64,000 nucleotides of DNA from Vicinamibacterales bacterium (GTDB lineage Bacteria; Acidobacteriota; Vicinamibacteria; Vicinamibacterales; 2-12-FULL-66-21). This document shows positions 53,496 through 62,953 of the stretch, one piece after another. Position 1 is the stretch's first letter, and every line of letters starts with the position of its first letter. The translations under genes and the position numbers were made by a program. Under the pieces are notes generated by a model that was not told where the DNA came from, ran no database searches, and was given only the letters and a program-made list of their open reading frames with translations. The stretch is taken from assembly GCA_036496585.1 (NCBI GenBank), contig DASXLB010000033.1, forward strand, positions 1,014 through 65,013. Direction: 5' to 3'.

Positions 53496-55754
53496 CTATT
53501 TCTCCGGCAGCTCTCCGTAGAACCTCCAGTTGACGTCCATGTCGCGCGTCAGCTTCTGCCTGGTCATGCGCAAGCGGAGCAGCGCCATCGGCATGTTCCC
53601 CTGACGCATGATCTCGTCGTGGAAGGCCCTGTTGGTCATCGCCTTCGAATCGACGAGCTCCCTGCGCAGGCCGCGCAGCTGCAGACCGCCGAGCAGATAC
53701 GCCGCCTGGTAGAGGGGCTGGTTCTGGTACTGCGCCGACTCGAATGATCGTCGCACTTCCGCGGCGGCGTTGTCGCGCTCGTGGCCGACCTTGTCGACCA
53801 GGAAGTCGACCGCCTGACCCGGCGTCCAGTTGCCCATGTGGAAGTTGAGCGAGAAGATGATCCGGGCGCAGCGGTGCATCCGCCAGAAGAGCGCGCCGAC
53901 CTTCTGCTCCGGCGTCCTGTCGAATCCGAGGTCGTACATGGTCAGCTCCCAGTAGAGCGGCCAGCCCTCGCCGTAGAACGGGCCGCCGCTCGTCAGGAAC
54001 GGCCGGTAGTCGCGGTAGCGCGAGTTGAGATAACCGACGAGATTGTGCCCAGGAATCATCTCGTGGAACGCGGTCGCGTGCGAGAAGGCCGGATTGTTGC
54101 CGCGCATGCTCTGCATCCGCGCGTCGAAGTCCATCGTGTCGGTCGGATACGAGACGAGGATGTGATCGCCGCCGAGGAAGAACGGCGACGTCAGCTGCAT
54201 CTCCGGCGACATCATCGTCATGTGCAGCGATTCGGCGGCGACGCCAGGGACGGTGATGAGGTCGTTGGCCCGCAGGTAGACGACGGCCTCGTCGAGCAGG
54301 TCCATGATCATCCGCGGCTGGCCGCCCGGCGGCACCGCCGACTGCTTGACTTTCTCGAGCGCCCGCTTCCAGTCGTCGCCGAACCCCATCTGGCGCGACG
54401 CCTTCTTCATCTCAGCCTCGCACCAGGCGAACTCACGGTTGGCTAGCGCGATCAATTGCTCGGGCGTGTACGGGATCAGGTTGTCGCGGAGATCCGATAT
54501 CAGGCCGTCGCGCCCGCGCGGCTTGCCGAGGATCTTCGAGTCGTCGGGACGAAACGGCGGCCCTGGCGGAATCGACTCGTGCTCGTGCGCGATGTCGGTC
54601 TCGGCGCGCCACTTGATATAGAGGTAGTCGACCTGGGCGTTGCGCGACAGCGCGTCGAAATCGAGGGAATTCAGGGCCTCGAGCCAGGCTCGGTTGTCGC
54701 GGGTCGTGGACGAAGCGGCCGACAGCGGCTCGGACGGCGCGGCGCCACGTCCGGGAGCGTCCGCTGCGGCGTCCTGCCCGCGTCCGCCGCGGCCGCCGTC
54801 ACGCCCGGCCTGCCGGGTGTTCTCGGCGTTGAAGCGGGCGACGATATCGCGCAGCTCGTCCTGCGGGAGCGCCAGGATCTCGGGCAGATCGGGGACCGAT
54901 CCGATCTTCGGCGCCGCCGCCGCGGCGATCGGCGCCACCGTGGCCGGCGACGGCGGCAGGCCGGGATCCCCAGCCTGCTCGCGCAGGAACGCGGCATAGT
55001 CCTGCAGCGTCGTGTCCGCCTGCTTGTAGGGAACGCCCATCCACCAGGAGAAGACCGGGTCGTAGCCGTTGTAGAAAGAGAACCACTCGGTGATCGAGGC
55101 CCGCATCGACTCGGTCGCTTGGGCTGCCCGCGCCGCGGTGGCGGCGTTGGTCTTCTCGGCGGGCGCGGCCATGCGCGCCTGCAGATCGCGCCGCACGTCG
55201 GTCAGCACGCGCGCGGCCTGTTGTGCGTCGACGTCGGCGACGCGGATGCGCGCTTCGACCATCGGCACCAGCGCCGGGAGGAACGGCAGCGACGGCGCCA
55301 TCTGCGCCAGTTCCAGATTGTCGGCCTCGAGCTGCGCCAGGTTGGCGGCGAGGGTCGCTTTCAGCGCGGCCAGATCGGCGGTAGCGGCCGGCGTCAACTT
55401 ACTCGCGGGTAGCTTGTCCAGCGCGGCCTGCCAGTCGAGATCGAAGCGCTTGAGGCGGGCGAGCCGGGCCGTCGACACTGGCACCGGCCGACCGGCGGGG
55501 GCGTCGGCGGCGCCGCCGCGGCCGCGTCCGCCGCGCGCGCCCGGCATGTCGAATCCGCCCGGCCCGGCGTAGTCGAGATTGAGCGCCTGGCGGTCGAGCG
55601 TATAGCGCGTCGTCACCAGCCGCATTTCACTCGCCGGCGCGACGAGCAGCGGCTTCAGATCCGACGGCACCGCCTGGCGCTGCGCGTCGACATGCGCGCG
55701 CAGCCCGCCGGCGACAAGCCCGACGGCCAGCAGGCCTCCTACGATCTGTCTCAC
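53496..55754 (-). CDS. DUF885 family protein (metallopeptidase-like HExxxGH motif), secreted
   Basis: GTG at 55754 is preceded by AAGGAG at a 6-nt spacing. Signal VRQIVGGLLAVGLVAGGL. DUF885-like FHEMIPGHNLVGY and GEGWPLYWE. There are two G/R-rich low-complexity inserts. Confidence 0.7.
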   Translation of the reverse strand: MRQIVGGLLAVGLVAGGLRAHVDAQRQAVPSDLKPLLVAPASEMRLVTTRYTLDRQALNLDYAGPGGFDMPGARGGRGRGGAADAPAGRPVPVSTARLARLKRFDLDWQAALDKLPASKLTPAATADLAALKATLAANLAQLEADNLELAQMAPSLPFLPALVPMVEARIRVADVDAQQAARVLTDVRRDLQARMAAPAEKTNAATAARAAQATESMRASITEWFSFYNGYDPVFSWWMGVPYKQADTTLQDYAAFLREQAGDPGLPPSPATVAPIAAAAAPKIGSVPDLPEILALPQDELRDIVARFNAENTRQAGRDGGRGGRGQDAAADAPGRGAAPSEPLSAASSTTRDNRAWLEALNSLDFDALSRNAQVDYLYIKWRAETDIAHEHESIPPGPPFRPDDSKILGKPRGRDGLISDLRDNLIPYTPEQLIALANREFAWCEAEMKKASRQMGFGDDWKRALEKVKQSAVPPGGQPRMIMDLLDEAVVYLRANDLITVPGVAAESLHMTMMSPEMQLTSPFFLGGDHILVSYPTDTMDFDARMQSMRGNNPAFSHATAFHEMIPGHNLVGYLNSRYRDYRPFLTSGGPFYGEGWPLYWELTMYDLGFDRTPEQKVGALFWRMHRCARIIFSLNFHMGNWTPGQAVDFLVDKVGHERDNAAAEVRRSFESAQYQNQPLYQAAYLLGGLQLRGLRRELVDSKAMTNRAFHDEIMRQGNMPMALLRLRMTRQKLTRDMDVNWRFYGELPEK

Positions 55755-55884
55755 GGGATCTCCTTCGAGAATCGAGCCGACGACGTGTGCACGCCCGGCG
55801 TCCGGGTCTGTCGCCCGGTGACGGCGCGACGGTAACATCTTCTGCCAGTTGCGGGGCGGCGTAGCGTCAGCTACGGTCCCGATC

Positions 55885-57225
55885 ATGGTCATCTGTCAGC
55901 GTCTCGCGTGTGTGCTTGCCGCAACCCTGATGGCCTCCGGAGCGGCGGCGCAGACGCCGTCGTCTCCCCCGACGTCGCCGCTGGCGGTCCATCTAGGTGA
56001 TACCGACCTGCGCCTGGGCGGCTTCATCGATGCCGTGGCCCTCTTCCGATCGACCAACGTCGGCAGCGGTCCGGCGACCACCTTCGGGACGATTCCCTTC
56101 GAGAACACTCCGGCGGGCGCGCTCAGCGAGACCCGGTTCTCGGCGCAAAGCTCGCGGGCCAACCTGCTGGTCACGACCGCCCTCGGCGGCGCCGCCGTCA
56201 AGGCTTTCCTCGAGGTCGACTTCCTCGGCTCGGGTCCAGGCAACGCCTTCGTCTATTCGAATTCGCACACGCTGCGGCTGCGTCATGCGTGGGCGCAGTA
56301 CGTGCGCGGGCGCTTCGACTTCACCGGCGGACAGACCTGGACGCTGCTGACGCTCAACCGCAACGGCCTCTCGCCGGTCTCGGCCGACGTCATCACCTCG
56401 CAGAACCTCGATCCCAATCTGCAGCTCGGGATGGCGTGGGCCCGCCAGATGCAGTTCCGCTTCGTGGCGCACGCATCGAAGACGGTCGCCGCCGGCATCT
56501 CACTCGAGAATCCGCAGCCGTTTGTCGGATCGGCGGTGGTCCTGCCCTCGTCCTTTCCGGCCGGCGAAGTCGACGCCGGCTCGACGCCCGGTGCGCCGAG
56601 CCCCTACCCCGACATCGTCGGCAAGATCGCCTTCGACCCGCAGGTCGGGGGGCGGCATGAGCACGTGGAGGCCGGATTCATCGTGCGCGGTTTTCGAACG
56701 TATGCGCCGGCAAGCCAGCAGACGTTTTCCGCCACCGGCACCGGCTTCACCGCGGGCGCGGTGCTCGAACCGGCGAAGAACGTGCGGGTCATCGCGAGCA
56801 CGCTCATCTCGTCCGGCGGCGGCCGCTACATGATCGGCCAGGCCCCCGATTTCATGGTCAACGCCGACGCCAGTCTCACCACGATCGGCGCCACGTCGGG
56901 ACTGCTGGGCGTCGAAGCGCAGGTTGTCCCGTCGACGCTGGTGTTCGGCTACTACGGAACGGTGCATGTCGATCGGGTGACGTCGCTCGATGGCACCACG
57001 CCGATCGGCTATGGCATCGACGGCTCGACCGCCGCCAACCACACCATCGACGAGACCACGGTGGGCGTCAACCACGCCATCGTTCGCGATGCGACCCGCG
57101 GCGCGCTGCAGGCGATCGTGCAGTATTCCTACCTGACGCGCAGCCCGTGGTCCGTGCCGGCGGCAACGCCCGACTCGGCGCACGTCAACATGGTGTACGT
57201 GTCGGTGCGGTACGTGCTGCCGTAA
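55885..57225 (+). CDS. putative outer-membrane beta-barrel (porin-like) protein
   Basis: ATG at 55885 with signal MVICQRLACVLAATLMASGAAAQ. The sequence is long, beta-rich and has alternating hydrophobic residues. No named family recognised. Confidence 0.45.
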   Translation: MVICQRLACVLAATLMASGAAAQTPSSPPTSPLAVHLGDTDLRLGGFIDAVALFRSTNVGSGPATTFGTIPFENTPAGALSETRFSAQSSRANLLVTTALGGAAVKAFLEVDFLGSGPGNAFVYSNSHTLRLRHAWAQYVRGRFDFTGGQTWTLLTLNRNGLSPVSADVITSQNLDPNLQLGMAWARQMQFRFVAHASKTVAAGISLENPQPFVGSAVVLPSSFPAGEVDAGSTPGAPSPYPDIVGKIAFDPQVGGRHEHVEAGFIVRGFRTYAPASQQTFSATGTGFTAGAVLEPAKNVRVIASTLISSGGGRYMIGQAPDFMVNADASLTTIGATSGLLGVEAQVVPSTLVFGYYGTVHVDRVTSLDGTTPIGYGIDGSTAANHTIDETTVGVNHAIVRDATRGALQAIVQYSYLTRSPWSVPAATPDSAHVNMVYVSVRYVLP

Positions 57226-57244
57226 GCGACGTTGGCCGCTGGCC

Positions 57245-58639
57245 TCAGTGCATCGACGTGCCGTCGCCGGCGACCGCCTTGACCACCTCGCCGAGCACCG
57301 CCTTCGCGTCGCCGAAGGCCATCAGCGTCTTCTCATCGTAGTACAGCTCATTTTCGATGCCGGCGAAGCCGGGGTTCATCGATCGCTTGATCGCGATGAT
57401 CGCCCGGGCCTTGTCGGCATCGATGATCGGCATGCCGAAGATCGGGCTGCCCTTGTCATGGCGCGCCGCCGGGTTGACCACGTCGTTGGCGCCGACCACG
57501 AGACAGACGTCGGTCTGCGGCATCTCGGGGTTGATGTCGTCCATCTCGACCAGCGACTCGTAGGGAATCTCGGCTTCCGCGAGCAGCACGTTCATGTGAC
57601 CGGGCATGCGGCCGGCGACCGGATGGATCGCGAACTTCACGTCGACGCCGCGCTTGGTCAGTTGCTCGTAGAGCTCGTGGACGCGGTGCTGCGCCTGCGC
57701 GACCGCCATCCCGTAACCGGGAATGATCACGACACGGTCGGCGTGGGTCAGGATGTCGGCGACGTCCTGGGCCGTCGCGCTCTTGACGGTCTTCGCCTCG
57801 CCGGCCGCGACCACGGTCTGCACCTGTCCGAACGCGCCGAACAGCACGTTGGTGAACGAGCGGTTCATCGCCTTGCACATGATGACCGAGAGGATCAGCC
57901 CCGACGAGCCGTCCAGCGCGCCGGCAATGATCAGCAGCTTGTTGTCGAGCACGAACCCCATCGCCACGGCCGACAGACCCGCGTAGGAATTGAGCAGCGA
58001 GATCACGGTCGGCATGTCGGCGCCGCCGATCGGAATGATCAGCAGTACGCCGAATGTCAGCGACAGCGCGACGAGCGCCGCGTAGGCCGGCCAGTAGCCG
58101 TGGTCGGCGAACGCCAGGTAGCCGCCGGCGCCGATCGCCGCCGCGAGCAGCAGCAGGTTGACGACGTTCTGGTTGCGATAGGTGATCGGGCGCGTCGGCA
58201 GGATTTCCTGCAGCTTGCCGGCCGCCATCAGGCTGCCGGTGAAGGTCAGGAACCCAAGGATCACTTCGAGCGCGATCGCCGACACGCGGAACGTGGTCAG
58301 CTGCGCCTGCTGCCGCCACATGATGTATTTCGCGGTGCCGACCAGACCCGCCGCCAGGCCGCCGAACGCGTGTGACAGCGCGGTCCGCTGCGGCACGGCG
58401 GTGAGCGCGACACGCGACAGCGGAATGCCGAAGAGCGTCCCCGCGACGAGTCCGATCACGATCCACTGGTAGTCGACGATCTCGGGCGCCATCAGGGTGC
58501 CGACGATGGCGGCGCCCATGCCGGCCGCGCCGGCCAACACCCCCTGCCGCGCCGTCTTCGGCGAGTTCAGCCAGCGCAGCGAGAGGATGAAGAGAACCGC
58601 GGCGACGAAATAACTGAGCTGGATCAGGTGCGCGTTCAT
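57245..58639 (-). CDS. pntB: NAD(P) transhydrogenase subunit beta
   Basis: 464 aa. N-terminal TM bundle and C-terminal dIII domain (VIIPGYGMAVAQAQH, FAIHPVAGRMPGHMNVLLAEA, GANDVVNPAA). Confidence 0.95.
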   Translation of the reverse strand: MNAHLIQLSYFVAAVLFILSLRWLNSPKTARQGVLAGAAGMGAAIVGTLMAPEIVDYQWIVIGLVAGTLFGIPLSRVALTAVPQRTALSHAFGGLAAGLVGTAKYIMWRQQAQLTTFRVSAIALEVILGFLTFTGSLMAAGKLQEILPTRPITYRNQNVVNLLLLAAAIGAGGYLAFADHGYWPAYAALVALSLTFGVLLIIPIGGADMPTVISLLNSYAGLSAVAMGFVLDNKLLIIAGALDGSSGLILSVIMCKAMNRSFTNVLFGAFGQVQTVVAAGEAKTVKSATAQDVADILTHADRVVIIPGYGMAVAQAQHRVHELYEQLTKRGVDVKFAIHPVAGRMPGHMNVLLAEAEIPYESLVEMDDINPEMPQTDVCLVVGANDVVNPAARHDKGSPIFGMPIIDADKARAIIAIKRSMNPGFAGIENELYYDEKTLMAFGDAKAVLGEVVKAVAGDGTSMH

Positions 58640-58926
58640 TTCGCGTTCTTCTCGCGGAACATCTTCAGCATCCGATCGGTGATGAGAAATCCCGACACGA
58701 TGTTGGTCATCGACGCGGCCACCGCGACCGTGCCGAGCACCGTGATCAGAACTCCCTCGCGCTCGCCGGCGATCAGGATCGACCCGACGACCGCGATCGC
58801 CGAAATAGCGTTGGTCAGCGACATCAGTGGCGTGTGCAGCAGGCGCGACACGTTCTGAATGACCTGGAAGCCGACGAAGGTCGCCAGCATGAATACGAAG
58901 AGCATCGACCAGAGATCGAGTTGCAT
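58636..58926 (-). CDS. pntA: NAD(P) transhydrogenase subunit alpha, part 2 (membrane dII fragment)
   Basis: MQLDLWSMLFVFMLATFVGFQVI...HTPLMSLTNAISAIAVVGS. 4-nt overlap with pntB. ATG at 58926 is preferred over 58944. Confidence 0.85.
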   Translation of the reverse strand: MQLDLWSMLFVFMLATFVGFQVIQNVSRLLHTPLMSLTNAISAIAVVGSILIAGEREGVLITVLGTVAVAASMTNIVSGFLITDRMLKMFREKNAK

Positions 58927-58988
58927 GCGCGGATTATAGGGCACCCGCTACCCCAGAACTTCGCGCGTTTGCCGGCGTATCTTCCTCC

Positions 58989-59765
58989 ATGCCTGCGCCC
59001 CGCAAGATGAAGATCAAGCGCTACGGATGGATCCCCGATTTGCCGGATCAGCGCGATCGGCTGTTCGCCGCGCCGCCGGCCACGCTCGGCGCGCTGCCGC
59101 CGCGCGTCGATCTGCGCGAGGGCTGCCCGGCGGTCTACGATCAGGGCGCGCTCGGCAGCTGTACGGCCAACGCCATCGCCGGCGCGCTGCAGTTCGACGA
59201 GATCAAGCAGCGCGAGAGCGACGGGTTCACGCCGTCGCGGCTGTTCATCTATTACAACGAGCGCGTCATCGAAGGCACCATCGACCAGGACGCCGGCGCG
59301 ATGCTGCGCGACGGCATCAAGAGCGTCGCCAGCCAGGGCGCGCCGCACGAGTCGCTCTGGCCCTATCTGGTCTCTACCTTCCGCAGCAAGCCGAGCGCCG
59401 CCGCCTACAAGGACGCGGCCGGGCATCGGGCCCTGCTCTACCAGCGCGTGTCGCGCACCCTCGACCAGATCAGGGGCTGCCTCGCCGGCGGCTATCCGTT
59501 CGTCTTCGGCTTCTCGGTCTACGAGAGCTTCGAAAGCGCGGCGGTGGCGCGCACGGGGGTGGTGCCGATGCCGCGGCCGGCCGAGACGCTGCTCGGCGGC
59601 CACGCCGTGCTGGCGGTGGGCTACGACGACCCCACCCAGCGCGTGCTCGTCCGCAACTCCTGGGGCGGCGGCTGGGGGCGGGCCGGCTACGGCACGCTGC
59701 CCTACGCCTACCTGCTCGACGCCGGCCTCAGCGACGACTTCTGGACGGTGCGGCTGGTCGCGTGA
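58989..59765 (+). CDS. papain-like cysteine peptidase (C1 family)
   Basis: Catalytic Cys in QGALGSCTANA, His in GGHAVLAVGYDD, and Asn/Trp in VRNSWGGGWG. Confidence 0.85.
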   Translation: MPAPRKMKIKRYGWIPDLPDQRDRLFAAPPATLGALPPRVDLREGCPAVYDQGALGSCTANAIAGALQFDEIKQRESDGFTPSRLFIYYNERVIEGTIDQDAGAMLRDGIKSVASQGAPHESLWPYLVSTFRSKPSAAAYKDAAGHRALLYQRVSRTLDQIRGCLAGGYPFVFGFSVYESFESAAVARTGVVPMPRPAETLLGGHAVLAVGYDDPTQRVLVRNSWGGGWGRAGYGTLPYAYLLDAGLSDDFWTVRLVA

Positions 59766-59773
59766 TATTGTGT

Positions 59774-59791
59774 GACGCCATATATGGCGTC
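59774..59791. promoter_or_regulatory. perfect 18-bp palindrome overlapping the PadR start codon (candidate operator)
   Basis: GACGCCATATATGGCGTC. The central ATATAT contains the ATG at 59784. Confidence 0.35.
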
Positions 59792-60200
59792 TAAGAGTGA
59801 GGCGGCCGGAAAACCGGCGCCCCGGCCGCGCGGGTCCGACACACCCGGCGTCCCGCCGCCGCGATCCGGCCTGCACAACGAGTTGAAACGCGGCAGCGCC
59901 GAGCTCCTCATTCTGGCGCTGCTCGAAGAGCGGCGGCGGCACGGCTACGAGATCGGCCAGCTGATCGCGCGCCGCTCCGACGGCGCCATCAACTTCCACA
60001 TCACCTCGCTCTATCCCACCCTCTACCGCCTCGAGGACCGCGGCCTCATCGACGGCCGCTGGGTCGAGCGCGCCGGCCAGCGCCGCCGCCGCTACTACAG
60101 GCTGACACCGGCCGGGCGCCGGACGCTGGCGAGCCAGCGCAACGTGTGGGAGAGCTTCTTCGCGGCCCTCAATCGGGTCGCCCGGATTACCGAAACCTGA
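59784..60200 (+). CDS. PadR-family transcriptional regulator
   Basis: ELLILALLEERRRHGYEIGQLIARRSDGAINFHITSLYPTLYRLEDRGLIDGRWVE...RRRYYRLTPAGRRTL. The start is ATG at 59784 or GTG at 59772. Confidence 0.88.
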   Translation: MASKSEAAGKPAPRPRGSDTPGVPPPRSGLHNELKRGSAELLILALLEERRRHGYEIGQLIARRSDGAINFHITSLYPTLYRLEDRGLIDGRWVERAGQRRRRYYRLTPAGRRTLASQRNVWESFFAALNRVARITET

Positions 60201-60211
60201 TCGCGCCCGCC

Positions 60212-62929
60212 ATGAACTGGACACCACGCCTCGAAGCGGCCTTCGCCCCGGAGGCGATCGACCCGGACGTCCTCGAAGAACTGGCGCAGCATGCGGCCGC
60301 GGTCTATGCCAGCGCGCGCGCCGAGGGCTGTGGCGCAGACGAAGCGCAACGGCGCGTCGAGGCGCAGATCGCCGCGTGGGCGGCCGACCCTGCCGTGCGC
60401 CGCCGGCGGCCCCGTCTCGCCCGCGCGCTCGAACCGCCGCCCGGGACGGCGCCGCTGGTCGCGTCGATCGCGCAGGACGCACGCTACGCCTGGCGCCTGC
60501 TCCGCCGTCAGCCCGCCCACACCGCGCTCGTCGTCGCCACGATGGCGCTCGGCATCGCGGCCGCGACAGTGCTCGGCAGCATCACCTACGGCGTCCTCCT
60601 GAAGCCGCTCCCCTGGGCCGATGCGCCGCGGCTCGTGCGGCTGTACGAAACCCGTCAGGGCAGTACGAAGCGGTTCGGGCCGGTCTTCACGAACGGCACC
60701 TACCGCGCCTGGCGCGACTCGGCACGCACCCTCGACGCGATCGGCGCGTGGAACAGCGAACTGGTGGCGCCCACGGATCAGCCCGGCGCGCCACGCCTGG
60801 CCATCTGCCGCGTCACGCCGTCGCTCTTTACGATGCTCCAGGCGGCACCCGCGCTCGGCCGCGGCTTCGCACGCGGCGAGGACGATCCCGGACGGCCGCC
60901 GATCGTCGTGCTCTCCTACGGCTACTGGCAGCAGCAGTTCGGCGGACGCGCCGACGCGATTGGTTCGCGCATCCGCTTCGACACTACGGCCTATACCGTC
61001 GTTGGCGTGATGCCGGCTTGGTTCGCATTCCCCAATCGCGAGACCCGCGCCTGGATGCCGTTCTATGTCGAGCCGCCGACCGCACCCGGCAGGCAAGGTA
61101 TGAGTGTGTCGATGTTCCAGGCGATTGGCCGTCTGAAGCCAGGCAGCACGCCGGCGCAGGCCGCCGCCGAAGGGACGTCTCTCGGCCGCGCCGCGGTGCC
61201 GGCGACCCCGATCGCGAAGGTGGTCGCGATGGCGGTGTTTGGCACCGATGGACAAGTCGACGTGACGACCGTGCCGATGCTGCAGGCGCTGACGGCCGAG
61301 GTCCGCCCCGCGATCCTGATCCTGCTCGCGGCGGTCGTCCTGCTGCTCGCCACCGCCACCGCCAACGTCGCGAGTCTGCAGCTGGCGCGGGCCACCGCGC
61401 GGCGGCGCGAGTTGGCCGTACGCGCGGCGCTCGGCGCCGGTCGTGGTCGGCTGGTTCGCCAGACGCTCGTCGAGCACGTCCTGCTCGGCCTGCTGGGCGG
61501 GATTGCCGGCCTGGCGCTCGCCGCGGTGCTCCATCGGGCGCTGCCGTCGATCCTCCCGGCCGATTTTCCGCGGGTGCACGACATCGCGCTCGGCTGGCGC
61601 ATTCAGGCCTTCGCGGTGGCGATCTCGCTGTTGGCCGGCATCGGCTGCGGCATCCTCCCGGCATGGCACGTGGCCCGCACCGAACTCGTGCCGTCGCTCG
61701 CAGAGGACGCGCTCGCGCCTGCCGGCGGCGGGCTCAGGACGCGCACCGCTCGGGCGCGCGCGATCATCATGGCCGCGCAGATCGCGACGGCCTGTGTGCT
61801 GCTGGTCGGCGCGCTCCTGCTGACGCGCAGTTTCGTCGGTCTCATGCACGCCAGTCTCGGCTACGACACGTCGAACGTCTTGACGGCCCGCCTCATCCTG
61901 ACCGACGGCGAGTTCACGCCCGAACGCCGCTTCGAAATCCTCGAACAGCTGCGGCAGCGGCTCACGGCGGTGCCCGGGGTCACGCATGCGGCGTACGCCA
62001 ACACGCTCGCCTTGACCAGCGGCGAGGCGCTCTCGTCGTTTCCACTCGTGCGGCGTGACGGGAGCACGGTGCAGATCCAGACGGGAGTCCAGGGCGTCAG
62101 TCCCGACTACTTCGCCAGCATCGGACAGCGCGTCGTCGAAGGACGCGGCTTCGCCGCCGACGACGCGTCGGGCGGGCAGCCGGTGGTGATCGTCAATCGC
62201 GAATTCTCGCGGAGGTATCTCGACGGCGCGGCGCTCGGCTGGACGCTGCCGGGCGCAACGAAGCCGGGCGCGCCGCCGGCGCGGCGCCCGATCGTCGGCG
62301 TCGTCGAAGACACGGTGCGCCGCAGCGTGACGGATGCGCCGCAGCCGGAGATCTACGGGCTCTACTCGCGCCAGCAGGGGCGGGTCGCCGACAGCGACAT
62401 CTACCTCGTCGTGCGGACGGCGGCCGATCCGCAGGCGCTCGCTCCGACGCTTCGCGACCTGGCCAGGAACCTCGCGCCGTCAGCGCCGCTCGAGTCGCTG
62501 TTGACGATGCGCGAGCGGGTCGCCGACAGCCTGGCGAATCCCCGCCTCTACGCCTCTCTGCTCGCCGCCTTCGCGCTCTTCGCCCTGCTGATTGCGGGCG
62601 TCGGCCTGTTCGGCGTGCTGTCGTATTCGGTGACCCTGCGGGCGCGGGAAATCGGTGTCCGCACGGCGCTCGGCGCGCAGCTCCGCGACATCGTCGTGCT
62701 CGTGGTCCGGCAGTCGATGGCCATCGCGGTGACGGGGCTCGCGGTCGGCATCGCCGTCTCGTACTGGGTGAGCCGGCTGCTGCAGACGGTGCTCCACGGC
62801 GTCTCGCCGCACGACGCGATCAGCTACGCGGCCGTGGCGTTCGTGCTGCTGGCGGTGGCCGCGCTCGCTAGCGTCATACCGGCGCGGCGCGCGGCCCAGG
62901 TCGATCCGGTGCGCGTGCTGCGCAGTTGA
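60212..62929 (+). CDS. ADOP-family duplicated MacB/FtsX-type permease
   Basis: ATG at 60212, 11 nt after the PadR stop. It has a cytoplasmic N-terminal extension, then QDARYAWRLLRRQPAHTALVVATMALGIAAATV, a duplicated FtsX module, and C-terminus PARRAAQVDPVRVLRS. Confidence 0.85.
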   Translation: MNWTPRLEAAFAPEAIDPDVLEELAQHAAAVYASARAEGCGADEAQRRVEAQIAAWAADPAVRRRRPRLARALEPPPGTAPLVASIAQDARYAWRLLRRQPAHTALVVATMALGIAAATVLGSITYGVLLKPLPWADAPRLVRLYETRQGSTKRFGPVFTNGTYRAWRDSARTLDAIGAWNSELVAPTDQPGAPRLAICRVTPSLFTMLQAAPALGRGFARGEDDPGRPPIVVLSYGYWQQQFGGRADAIGSRIRFDTTAYTVVGVMPAWFAFPNRETRAWMPFYVEPPTAPGRQGMSVSMFQAIGRLKPGSTPAQAAAEGTSLGRAAVPATPIAKVVAMAVFGTDGQVDVTTVPMLQALTAEVRPAILILLAAVVLLLATATANVASLQLARATARRRELAVRAALGAGRGRLVRQTLVEHVLLGLLGGIAGLALAAVLHRALPSILPADFPRVHDIALGWRIQAFAVAISLLAGIGCGILPAWHVARTELVPSLAEDALAPAGGGLRTRTARARAIIMAAQIATACVLLVGALLLTRSFVGLMHASLGYDTSNVLTARLILTDGEFTPERRFEILEQLRQRLTAVPGVTHAAYANTLALTSGEALSSFPLVRRDGSTVQIQTGVQGVSPDYFASIGQRVVEGRGFAADDASGGQPVVIVNREFSRRYLDGAALGWTLPGATKPGAPPARRPIVGVVEDTVRRSVTDAPQPEIYGLYSRQQGRVADSDIYLVVRTAADPQALAPTLRDLARNLAPSAPLESLLTMRERVADSLANPRLYASLLAAFALFALLIAGVGLFGVLSYSVTLRAREIGVRTALGAQLRDIVVLVVRQSMAIAVTGLAVGIAVSYWVSRLLQTVLHGVSPHDAISYAAVAFVLLAVAALASVIPARRAAQVDPVRVLRS

Positions 62930-62953
62930 CCCGAATCGCGGCTCAGCCGCCGT

